From: Tubulanus polymorphus | Lineage: Eukaryota > Animalia > Nemertea | Reading direction: 5' to 3' | Length of the DNA: 64,000 nt | Assembly: GCF_964204645.1 (NCBI RefSeq) | Contig: NC_134031.1 | Location: forward strand, 8,308,001-8,372,000 | In this document: positions 36,416 to 47,930 of the stretch, in pieces | Layout: every line of letters starts with the position of its first letter | Position numbering within the stretch: position 1 is the first letter of the stretch | Translations under genes and position numbers: made by a program | The notes under the pieces: generated by a model | Told to the model about the DNA's origin: nothing | Database searches by the model: none | What the model saw: the letters and a program-made list of their open reading frames with translations, nothing else

Positions 36416-37520
36416 TGGGGAACAACGTGATCTAGAAATCAACGCGTCATAAAATTGAACAAGATCTTTATTTTTTTGCAAAATTTATACAATAATTTTT
36501 TTTTCATAAATTTGATGAATTACATTTGAATTGATAAATGGCACAATGAAACATGTCCCAATTAAAATGCCGCGGGCTGGGTCGTTTTTAGAAAAATGGT
36601 TTGAAGGATTTAAATAAAGTTGATTTTATTTCTAAGAAACCAAAATAATTCAACTCGTGTAATTCATTTGAAATTAGTGTAAAGCTTTTAAACAGTGAAT
36701 ATATTGTTCCCAGATTCTGGGAGGAAATTTCGACGGGAAATTGTTTTTCGCATCCTGAATTTTTACTTTTATTCACATTGGAGGTGATTTCCTCATTCGA
36801 TCTTTTCAATGAAAAGTTTAAAGAATCTAATCAAGTTCTAAAATTGTTGGGAAGTGTCACTGATCGTTCTGTGAAAACCGAATCCGATACGCGCAAGTGT
36901 TATGGTTCAAATAATCGACTGTGGTGGCGCTATCGTACGGTAGGGTCGAGACGGGAACGGGTCGAGAGAGTAACGGGTCGAGAGGGGAACGTGGATAGCT
37001 CATATGCAACTCTCTCTCTGACATCAGTTCAATTCAATAAAGGTTTATTGCTTTGCAGTATTCAGAATACCAGTTCCCAGTCTTATGTCTGATTACGCAG
37101 TTTGGGTTCCCTGTTTGGTAGTCAGTAACCTGGATCCAGTTCCACAGTGCTGAGTAAAATTTGAGAAAAGTTACTTTACCGTAGGCCTATATCATTTCTG
37201 ATTGATTGTCTGATTTGGAGTGAGGTGATCATCTGTAGTGAGCTGTTCACTAATGTACGGCTAGTCTAGTACCTAGCGGTCGTTCTACAAACAGCATCTA
37301 GGGCGAAAGTGCTCATATAAGGTTAATTTTCGTCCTTCATTTTGAGGGACGAGGCTTTGAGCATCTATTTCACCCCTTAAAACACCATCAACTTACCTCA
37401 AACTGACTGTTCTGTTAACAGATGAAAGTTAATTATTGTTTGTGCATAAATTTGTAATCCTAAGTTTTTGACGATTGTAGTAGCTGAAAACTTTGGACTT
37501 TCTATATATCTTTGCAGATA

Positions 37521-38886
37521 ATGGTGTTTTTAAACATAATGCAGCCAGTTAGATATATGGTACGAGCAGTAGCTAAGACATCTTTCCAAGGTAAGCATTT
37601 GTAGGTGATAGATCAACAACACTGATTTGACACAATATTTGGTTGGGTATAGATACATGTATGGAGGAGATGAATAATTTTTTGGGCGAAGAGCTTAGAA
37701 ATATTGGATCCAAATCTTGAACCTGTGAAGCGGGGTCAGAAAGGAGGTACGCTGTGTCTCTCCAATGATCTTGGGTGGCCACTTACCTGGAAATCAGGGA
37801 AAATTCGGTTATTTTATAAAAGTTCATGACGGGGAAATATGTTTAGATTGCTATTCATGTATTGTTTCCATCTATGTCTTACGTATTTGACAGTGTTAAT
37901 TGATTGGATTCTCAGCAGATCATGTTGCTTATTATAACCTTTACCGTTCGTCACATCCAGTATGAAATAATTAAAATTCTATTTGGGACAAAATTCTAGG
38001 TTTGTAATAACTGATAAGTCATTAAATCTGAGGATGTCATAGGCCTACAATGTAATTAGGTTCCACTGTATTCAGGGTGAAAGCAAGTCATATAAAAGAG
38101 TCCACCCTGAATTCAGAGCTATGAAACTAGAAATGCTGGTTTTCCTCTATCAGATGTATGAAGAAGAATGTGGGTGTGATCGCGGCTTAGCCTACATGTA
38201 ACCAAACAGTGCTGGTCTAAGATAAGGTCTGCCCTGAAGTATCCCTGTTCAAGTGACGATGATACATTCTTTTACAATGCTTTACGCCCTAATTATTGGT
38301 AATTGATTGGTGGTGGCGCCCAAGATTCTTACTAAAAAATTATTGTCGTATAATTTATTTTTCAGGTACTGTTAGCAGGAGATTTTCACTGCCTGGACGA
38401 TCCTACTCGAACTGTCAACATATCAGTGCCACTAGCACCGAGAAGCATTATGTTCTCCCAACGATACACCAGTTTTTCGCTACAAAAATCACTATTCTAG
38501 ACCCCCGTACTGACAATAAAACGTGCTCTTTGCCACCGTGTTTACAAGACGTAACGAAAGCATTACCAGCTTTGAATGAATCGAAAAGTATATCAGAACC
38601 GTCTAATGGTTCACCGTTGGTTCGTAAGGAAGCGCAAAATGTGCTGAAATATCGGCGGCGAAGAATGAATCGACACAAACTGAAAAAATTACGCAAACGA
38701 ATGAAACATCATTACGCGAGAGTTATACTGAAACGAAAAAAGCGTAAAGAGGATGCATTCGTTTCATTTCTGGACGGCCTCCGCGCTGAAGCCGAAAAGT
38801 TTGACCCTGAAAGAGATGTTCGAGAAAAGCTTCAAATGGCTCGTAAAGGCGGATTTAAAATAGATTTATTTGCTGACAATCGTTAG
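37521..38886 (+). CDS. AURKAIP1: Mitochondrial small-subunit protein mS38 / aurora kinase A-interacting protein 1; coding exons 37521-37590 and 38366-38886 (~196 aa)
   Basis: Basic presequence-like N-terminus MVFLNIMQPVRYMVRAVAK; phase-1 GT-AG junction; AQNVLKYRRRRMNRHKLKKLRKRMK is the COX24/mS38 motif. Confidence 0.88.
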
Positions 38887-39814
38887 TTTTGTGAAATTCA
38901 TTGAGTCAAATACAATAATTGTAGATTGATTAGTCTCATACCAATTCGACTTGATGATTTTTAGGTCCGGAGGAGCTGTTAGTGTTGTGTGATGTGTACT
39001 GTGAATCAAAGTTCATCATTTTTACAGTCATTGGGTTAATTGAAAATCCTGAGGTTAAATACGTTGCAATAAACACTTCTGGTTACTTAATATTCAACAT
39101 TGTTGGGTCGAAGTCACCATTAGGCCCCATCATGACGGTAGAAAATTATCTCAACAGGCTGGTTCCATAGTAGTCACGACTTATGCTTAAGATCTAAGAC
39201 CATCTACAGCGGAAAAAAACATTGGCCAAATCCTTCTCATTTACAGTTAAATTTCATCGGAAACAGCAACCCCTTTTCTAACGAACTTTCGGTTATAACA
39301 ACCTTATTTTTGGAGTCCTATTACATATTTTCATCGGTTCTAACAATCGCCAGCCACTATCAATCACACTTGTTATGGACTTTTGCTTTAGCGAAGTCCA
39401 TTTTGTTATCGCATATGAAACTTTCTTCCTTTGGTACAAAATAACTTCCAAACAAGGCTTAGTTTCTCTTTTAAAACATTCAGTGCAGTAATAAAAGCTC
39501 TGACCCTATTGAATTTCATCGGAATTCGTTGCTTATTTAGTTATTTATTTCTTGTTGGAACTACATTTCCTTTCGGAAGAACGCATGCCCTTTTACGTAT
39601 ACTCATGCTTCACACACGTGCCTCGCTGCTATGTGGTATATTGATTTGTGCTTGTATATGAAAAGTGCGCCTCGTGCCCGGCCTAGTTAAAAGTTTTCCT
39701 GGAAACTGCAAATGATTCAACTGCCAGGGTTCCTTGCGTCTGGCCGTGAAAAGCAGTGAATTTTATAGAAGGGCAGTAAAATTGACCGCTATGAACGTGG
39801 AGAGAGTCTATTTG

Positions 39815-40385
39815 AGAACTTAAGTCCCAGCGGGCTATAGCGTTCACTTTTCATCCGTAGATGGAATCCAGTTATTTTGGGAAGTTTTGAAGACGCTTGA
39901 ATGTAATGTCTTGATATTTGGGTTACACATGTATCTACGATAGACACATCTTCAGCCCAAAAACTGGCCCTGTCAGAATCAAGATGGCCGACTGGCAGCC
40001 ATTGTTGTTCGCCAAAATCAGCACTTTTTACACATTTTTGAACTTTTTGAGGGAAATTTTGTAGACGCTTTGATCAATTACCTTGATCTTTCGTATTTAT
40101 TCGAATTACCCAAGGGCCCATCAGCTTAAGAAAAATTGGGTCGATCGGACTCGAGATGGCCGTCCTATGACCTTTTTAGTGCCCAAAAATGTCAATTTTT
40201 AGTGCCCAAAAATGTCAATTTTGGTCTGAATTCTGAGTCCTGTAGCTTCCTACTGGTTTGCCATTTCTCATTGCAATTTGTGATGGGTATTCTTTGGAAA
40301 GGGATGTTTTATACCTGAGACAGGTATCTTTGATCAGCCAATTATGGCGCAATTGGCGGCCAACTTGGTGTCATCAGTACTCATT
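39815..40385 (+). mobile_element. HINE/DINE-like repeat copy
   Basis: agtcccagcgggctatagcgttcacttttt...ttattttgggaagttttgaagacgc, shared with 5165-5373 and 56770-57230. Confidence 0.6.
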
Positions 40386-40454
40386 CGTAGGTGGGAAAAA
40401 GTTTTTCCACATTATATTGATACCAAAGAATATATTTTGTTAGCACAATCAATT

Positions 40455-40845
40455 GGAAAAGTGTAGCTCATAACGTGTTCTATGATTTTGGTGAGTTTCA
40501 TGGTCATTGGTTTTTGTATATGGCCGTCAGGGGGCGTTGAATAATATAATAACTTAGTATTTCTATATTATATTTGTACCTATGCATATTTTGTTACCAC
40601 AATCAATTACAAAGTTGTAGCTCATGACTTCGTCTATGATTGTGGTGAGTTTTAAGGACATTAGTTATTCTATATGGTCACCAGGGGGCGTTGAATAATA
40701 GAATAACTAGCATTTCCTTATTTATTAGATTGGTACCTAGGCATATTTTGTTACCATGATCAATTGCAAAGTTGTAGTTCATGACATGTTCTATAATTGT
40801 GGTGAGTTTCAAGGTCATTGGGTTTTGCATATGGTCACCAGTTGG
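40455..40845 (-). repeat. Copy of the Helentron-like tandem-unit repeat
   Basis: Reverse complement of 16915-17290. Confidence 0.7.
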
Positions 40846-42996
40846 TTTGTGTTTCATCACACCAGAGGTTGGTCTCTTTTCATTCATGATGTTAAACGGA
40901 TCCAGTGAACCATCGGATACTATGACCTTCTTATTTTTCCCCAGCGGTTCGCTAGATCGAGGTTCCATTGTAATAGTTCTATAGTCAAGCTTAAGATTTA
41001 AGACCACTTTGGACTTAAGTTTTGACTGTGAAACTGGCCCCAGGAAAATAATTATAACTACAGTGGAACCTCGTTGCAGAGAACTTCATGGGACCAGAAA
41101 ATATGTTCGCTATAACCGATAGTTCGTAGTAGTACACATGTATTGTGTTTCTAGTATTCCTCACTTAAATATGGTAAACATTTTAGTAATATGGTGAATA
41201 CAGGTTATTAAACTTTTGAAATTTTTATTTTGTATATTTATGTACTTAAAACACAGGAAGAAAATATTTCGAAGTTCCCAAAGCACTCAATTCTAGCTGG
41301 TCCAGCGCTCAACTTGGCCTCTATCATGACATTCATACAGAAAACAGAAAAACCTATATTATACCAGGTAATCGTCGGTAGCCAGTTCTACCGTATTCAA
41401 GTTTTTAACTTAGGGCCATTCGTTTGTTACGTACATTACATACCCTGCAGTGTTTAGGCTTCTGTATTGGTTTCTTGGAAACCCTCATTTTGAAATTACG
41501 CTGTTCAGGTCACTTTCAGGCTCCTAAGCTAATCAGGCTGTTTGATCCACTATGGAGGAAATGGAATAACGAGCACACACTACAGATTCCGTATTTTTAT
41601 GTGATGTCAACTTTGGGACCGTCGTTTATTTCCAAATTGGCTCTCGTAGATTTCGATGACATTATCCTCAATTTCACCGCCCATAGGCACCAGCTTGCGT
41701 TTCAGGTGTGGTGGGTCTGCCAGCGACACCCGATCAAAAAATCAAACGAAATCTACCAACAAATAAATTACAGGGACAATCCCTATTTTAAGATAAAAAA
41801 ACCCCTCTAAACCATGATACCGTGACTCCATGATCGTTTTCACTTCAACAATCTGTAATTCATTGTGGCACTCGTACTGTTGCAGGTCGAGCGCGAAACA
41901 ATACATTTTCATAACCAGATATCGTAGTTTGACGTTTGAGTTCGCGAAAAATGAGCTTTTCCGGACAGATTGTTTACTGGCACATCTTCCGCAAAACTCA
42001 ATTCGACAAGTTAGCTTTCAGTTTCACGTCACAAGAGCAGTAAATGCACTGAAAGCTACTTTGAAGAAACTTGATCTTTTTATCCAAACTCCATGTTATT
42101 GTTTGTACGACTTCAACAACTCCAGGTGCCACAGGTCTGGAACTTGCCCTGGCTGTAACGAAAATGCCTACTTGTTCAATCATCCACGCGACCAGTCATC
42201 CAATCACCAAGTCATCCAGTCGGCCGGTCGTCCACTCATCCAGCTGCCCAGTTATCCAGTCGGCGGGTCGTCCAGTCATCCAGTCGACCAGTTCATCCAG
42301 TCATTCAGTCGGCCGGTCGTCCCGTCATCCAAACACCCTGTAACCTACCAGCCATACTATGCGCGTATAATCATTTATGCGGAGGAATATCAATATTGTA
42401 CTGGAACTACTTAACCGGGATTCTACACTTGGGCCCATCGGCCTTAATCCAGAGCTCTCAGTCGACTTACAGGTCGGCCGGTTCTCATCGGTACCCTCAT
42501 ATGTATTTATTTATTCGGGTACGGAGAGGTTATTTGGGAGACGGATATGGTACTTAATTTTGATTGACATTTACAAAATCATAGACATTCATCTCATTAT
42601 TTTTCTATTTCCAAGGTAAAGGTGTACGATTTAAGTTTGTGTTTGCCGCGTGAAACATTGACACAATAGATGGCGTTGCGACTTGTGTCACACTTTTATT
42701 CACCATTAGCATATTGTGTATATTATGACTCGGCTATACCGTAGCTAGACCAGGTGTGTCTTTGTTAGATATGTGCCATATCTATCGGCTTGGCCTATTT
42801 CTATATTGTTACCTGTTCCGTGGTATATAATATACAGGCATACAGCATTTTATACATGTTATTTGATCATTCGTATACATTGCCATCCGATTGATATTAT
42901 TTCGTTAGGTTCGTAAATTCGGCATTGGGAGACGGATATGAACTTTAGAAAGGATAGTGTATCGTAAAGGCAATTGTTGTGATATCGGACTCTAAA

Positions 42997-44967
42997 ATGA
43001 ATGATTTTATACTTTGCTCGCTTTCCATTGTAATACTACTAGGATGCATATCTGGTAAGTAAATACACGTATACATATATATACATATACATATGCTAAT
43101 CGGCTATTCCTAAGTGTCTACGATGTTAAATGAATTATGGACATTTAAACACAGACTATACATGATTGAATGGTTGGATCATGAGTCGGTTGTATGTGAA
43201 AATCCCCATTAGATGATATTTCTGTTTTCTCGTATTATGATTTTTAGTATGTTTTGCTAAAGTGAAAATGTTTTTTCCCGGACTATATATTATTTAAGGA
43301 AACAAAATGAGATGCCTTTTGTCGCTTTGTTAGGACTTATTGTATTTCGCTTCGCAAAGTTAACTTTATTTCTTCATGTATATATAAGTCTATCTAGATG
43401 TCGACGGTTGAAAAATCATTTATTAAGAGACATCGAGAAAGTAACCTGTTACTATATTTTTTATGAATAACGTAGCTAATTAGCCCACTGACTCAATTGA
43501 ATGAATGGGTAACAAACTGGTTAGGAAAATATGAATAAATTGACCTTAATCTAATAACACCCCATTCAAAAGGAGGGGTATTTTATATACTCTGTAGAAT
43601 TGGGGATTTTTACCGCTAAACTGACTAGACACGAATAACCTAATCATCGAGGCGAATATTTGACATTTTTTCGCTTTTCATATGATATGGTTATAATTCA
43701 TTTAATTTATCTTTTTATTTCGATTGCACATCATGTTTGAAAAACAGGAGATGACAGAAAGGTCAACGACCGAACATAGACATTTAGAATATTTCTGGCA
43801 GTTTTTATAGGGTTAATAGTTCATGTAGAAATACCCTCAGCATATTGTACTCCATCCCCTTTTACATGTAAAACAATATCAGACCTCATTTTCTGGACTG
43901 CTCTTTTCTGTGATAAAAGGTTCCTATCAGCCTTTCAGTTTCATAAGAACACTTTTCATTTTTAGCCCAATTAGGACGTTAGTCCCAGCGAGAAGACTCC
44001 AGCGGGCTTTTGCCATCACTTTCGTCCCGCCCCCTCCTTTCGTTCGTTCGTTCGTTCGTTCGTTCGTTCGTTCGTTCGTTCGTTCGTTCGTTCGTTCGTT
44101 CGTTCGTTCGTTCGTTCGTTCGTTCGTTCGTTCGTTCGTTCGTTCGTTCGTTCGTTCGTTCGTTCGTTCGTTCGTTCTGGACGAAGTCCAGTTATTTTGG
44201 GGTTTTGAAGGCGCATCCAAAGATTCTCTTTATATTTGGTTTATTATGTTTGGTTTCGTGTTTGTGTATGTTGTAACAGCACACCGGTGTATTTACCCAA
44301 AAATCTTTAACAATTTCTCTTAAAGATGGAAATCTAATTTTCCTCTTTTTAGGTACGGAAAGCATCAGGTGTCATAACATGGTTTGCACAGGTAATGTCG
44401 ACTGGTGGGATAAAAAGTGTACGAAACTCAAATCACCAAACCAAATACTCGGGGAATGCGAGGATGGTAAATGGTGTGCGGTAAGGATTTCAGTTTAGAA
44501 TTCACATATAGATGCACATCGCAGTGTTGAGGATCAATACTTGTTTCTATATCACCCAGTTGACGACCCCTGTCGGATTTCTTGATACCATAGACTAAAA
44601 AAGAGTCCATGCCTGCACCGAACGCGTGTGCTGAGTGTTGGCATATTGACCCGACCGAAGGCCTGAAGCGGAAACTTTTCTTCTTCCCTAAACACCTCAC
44701 AGCGATAATCGTCGTGTTCATAGCGTATCTCAAACATTAATTCCTGTATACTTGTTACAGAAATCCGAAGGAGCAGACAAGTTTGGAAAAAGATTATCGA
44801 TTCACGAGTGCAGCTTTTCCTGCAATCAATGGGATAAATTCCATTATAACGATGTTTATATGGAACAATATTGTTGCCGAACTGAAATGTGTAATGGTAG
44901 CGACCGTCCGTCCGGAAAGATAATACTTTTGCCGTTGTTCACAGTTTTATACGCATTTGCTAGCTGA
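42997..44967 (+). CDS. Ly6/uPAR (three-finger, quiver-like) GPI-anchored protein, ~130 aa; exons 42997-43054, 44353-44480, 44761-44967
   Basis: Signal peptide MNDFILCSLSIVILLGCISG; 10 Cys in the mature domain ending CCRTEMCN; hydrophobic C-terminal GPI-like signal; phase 1 and phase 0 introns typical of LU genes. Confidence 0.88.
43961..44220 (+). mobile_element. HINE-like fragment with expanded (TTCG)n microsatellite (~44038-44176)
   Basis: tttagcccaattaggacgttagtcccagcg start, pure TTCG run, then agtccagttattttggg core. Confidence 0.65.
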
Positions 44968-46366
44968 ATACTGTACGTACTACAATTAAAAAAGAAAACA
45001 ACTAGCTTAACCTTCTTTAAATCGAGCTTTGCGATTGCAATTGATTTTTATTACCATATACCTTATATATTATGCTGTAAATTATTGAAAAAATAAACTA
45101 TTTTCAATATCAACTTAAACGTGTGTATTTATATGTCCTGTGGAATGAAGTTTCGTTAGAATTTTTTATTTATGTTGATATTTCAATACCGGAACTTAAC
45201 AAACATGTTGCACATTGGATTGTACCAATTAACGAGGTTCCGTCTTTGCTATTTGTTGTGCTTTATCAGAAATCGTGACGCGGTCAAGATTGAGGTTATC
45301 ACCGCTCACCAGCAGACACAGTCACGCAATAATGTTAAACGTCTGGATTGATAGTGAGACCTACGAGGAATCATCTGTTCAGATGATTCTGCGCCAAGGA
45401 GGCGGGCAAATAGAATACTCGCTCCATCTAGCACCATCTAGCGAATAAGTAACAAAAAAAACGAATCAGACAAATCTACCAATCAAATAAATAGGGTCAA
45501 TCTCTATTTCAAGATAGAAAATCAAAGGAAAGCCTCCTCATCAAACACAGCTATCAAAGGTCAACCTAGCGTTTTGGTAAAACTGATCGAAATGGTCAAA
45601 GCTGACAAAACAGAGATCTTGTTGATGAGTCAGATGAAATTGACATCAGAAGTAAATTTTTGGGGAACTGCCCAAGTTCAGCCAAAACACTGCCAACTAC
45701 ATTTTCAAATGAATAATCTCTTTGACATAATCGAAAACAACTTAAGTTTTCATAATTATTTTTAATCACTTATTTGATTTCTTATCGATGTACAAGATAT
45801 AAATTTCGCATTACAAGCACATTATAATGGAGCTGATGGTGATCAATGAAATTTTTTCTTCAGTTTTTCATGAAGTGGGATTTTACGTTTAATGTTCATT
45901 TAAGATCCAATAAAGATCCTGCGTGTCCCCATTCATGATACACGAATAAATACGATATGTATGTGCAATTAGCACGGTGTCAGATATTGATTGTTATAAT
46001 ATAAAATCAAATCTGTAGATGTAAAATCGTAGAAATTGTGCCCGGGTAGACTCGGTTGTGTTTGTAGGTTCACGACGACCGCGATTGATGAAGTGAGTGT
46101 ACGAACATGTGCGACACGTGGATTGTGTTTACTAACAGAGTAGATAGCATGCGCACTGCAAACAAGATGGCGGAAACTACCTTGTAAAAAAATGACAATA
46201 TTGATAATCGAATACGCCCTATTTTACGCATGCGTAGTTGATACAAATGTCCGCGCTGTTGTGAAGATTTTATCAAATTTATCTGTGTATCGTCAAATGA
46301 TTAGGCTTCTTCAAGTCAAATGATTGCTCGAAAGTTACTGGTACCGTAGTACGTTTGTACGTACGT

Positions 46367-46708
46367 TATGTATGTATGTATGTATGTATGTATGTATGTA
46401 TGTATGTATGTATGTATGTATGTATGTATGTATGTATGTATGTATGTATGTATGTATGTATGTATGTATGTATGTATGTATGTATGTATGTATGTATGTA
46501 TGTATGTATGTATGTATGTATGTATGTATGTATGTATGTATGTATGTATGTATGTATGTATGTATGTATGTATGTATGTATGTATGTATGTATGTATGTA
46601 TGTATGTATGTATGTATGTATGTATGTATGTATGTATGTATGTATGTATGTATGTATGTATGTATGTATGTATGTATGTATGTATGTATGTATGTATGTA
46701 TGTATGTA
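46367..46708 (+). repeat. Perfect (TATG)n microsatellite, ~85 units
   Basis: Direct reading. Confidence 0.98.
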
Positions 46709-46855
46709 TTCATCCTGGAACTACTTAACCGGAATCTTAACCGAAGTCGACAATCGGCATTCGGCAATCAGAAACCTGATAGTCGACGATTTCTCGGGTC
46801 GACAATCGGCAATCAGAAACCTGAGTCGACCATTTCAGATTCGACAATCGGCAAT

Positions 46856-47175
46856 AGGATGATTAGACGCTGTGATTATGAGGGTGAAATAGATGCTGTG
46901 ATTGTGAGGGTGAAATAGATGCTGTGATACCTGAGGGTGAAATAGATGCTGCAATTGTGAGGGTGATATAGACGCTGTGATTATGAGGGTGAAATAGATG
47001 TTGTGATTGTGAGGGTGAAATAGATGCTCTGATACCTGAGGGTGAAATAGATGCTGCAATTGTGAGGGTAATATAGACGCTCTAATTGTGAGGGTGATAT
47101 AGATGCTGTGATTGTGAGGATGATATAGATGCTGTGATTGTGAGGGTGAAATACCGGTAGATGCTGTGATTGTGG
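46856..47175 (+). repeat. ~26-bp minisatellite flanked by inverted gtcgacaatcggcaatcagaaacc motifs
   Basis: gagggtgaaatagatgctgtgattgt repeated ~12 times; flanking motif at 46746-46855 and inverted at ~47188-47240. Confidence 0.8.
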
Positions 47176-47930
47176 GGACGACCATTTGGTTTCTGATTGC
47201 CGATTGTCGACGTGGAAACTGGTCGACTATCAGGTTTTTGACGGCAATTTGCGGGAAACCGAACCACTCACCTCATTTAAGAAAACCCTCCACGATGGAA
47301 CTATATAGACCTATTCTGGAGTGCGTGTCACTCTATCCATTCGAATCTAACAGATTTCGTTTGAAATAAGTAGCAAATATGGGTCAGAAATACCCAGATA
47401 CCTGGGCTCCTTGTTTGACACCGCGGCTGCAATCCAACCACTGAGTGTTATCCGTTTACCCTTGCGGACACGATTCCTTAATTTTAGAAGATGTATCTTT
47501 TCTTTCTTTCCTATTGATGTGACGAAAACCAAACGTACCGGTAATACATTACAGTAAAGATCAGATCATATCCTGTAACTTTCCTACTAAATATTTCAGC
47601 AACCCAAGATAGTATTAATGAAACGTTTACTCTATATAATGTTTATCATTTTTTACGCATGCGCACCGGTTAATATGAAATCGTTTTAGTTGTAAAATAT
47701 ATGGAGATTCCATACAGACTTGAAAATGAATAAGTCGTGTTTCTTAGACGACTATTGATAGATTGAGATCACCTGGTTGTTATCATGTTTTTTTACTATT
47801 CACGTGTACATTGTCGACCTAGTCTTTTATTGAATGTTGAGTGCGTCTCTGAATGAGCGTATAATAGCTTCCGTTTATCGAAGCTTATTTATGTTTTGCA
47901 AAGGACTAAGACTTAGATAAACTAATATAG

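Larger units (their letters stand above)
33858..37001. mobile_element. 3.1-kb foldback non-autonomous DNA transposon (Sola-like), ~1.3-kb TIRs, 4-bp ATAT TSD
   Basis: ATAT|GAGCCATCCACGTTCCC ... GGGAACGTGGATAGCTC|ATAT; arms ~33858-35158 and ~35738-37001 are reverse complements. Confidence 0.85.

Noticed and set aside
34605-36481. Repetitive ORFs (MFPSRPF..., up to 212 aa)
   Set aside because: Translations of the 59-bp minisatellite, open in several frames.
43910-44323. FVRS/TNER ORFs
   Set aside because: Translations of the (TTCG)n microsatellite.
46324-46918. MYVC/TYIH ORFs
   Set aside because: Translations of the (TATG)n microsatellite.
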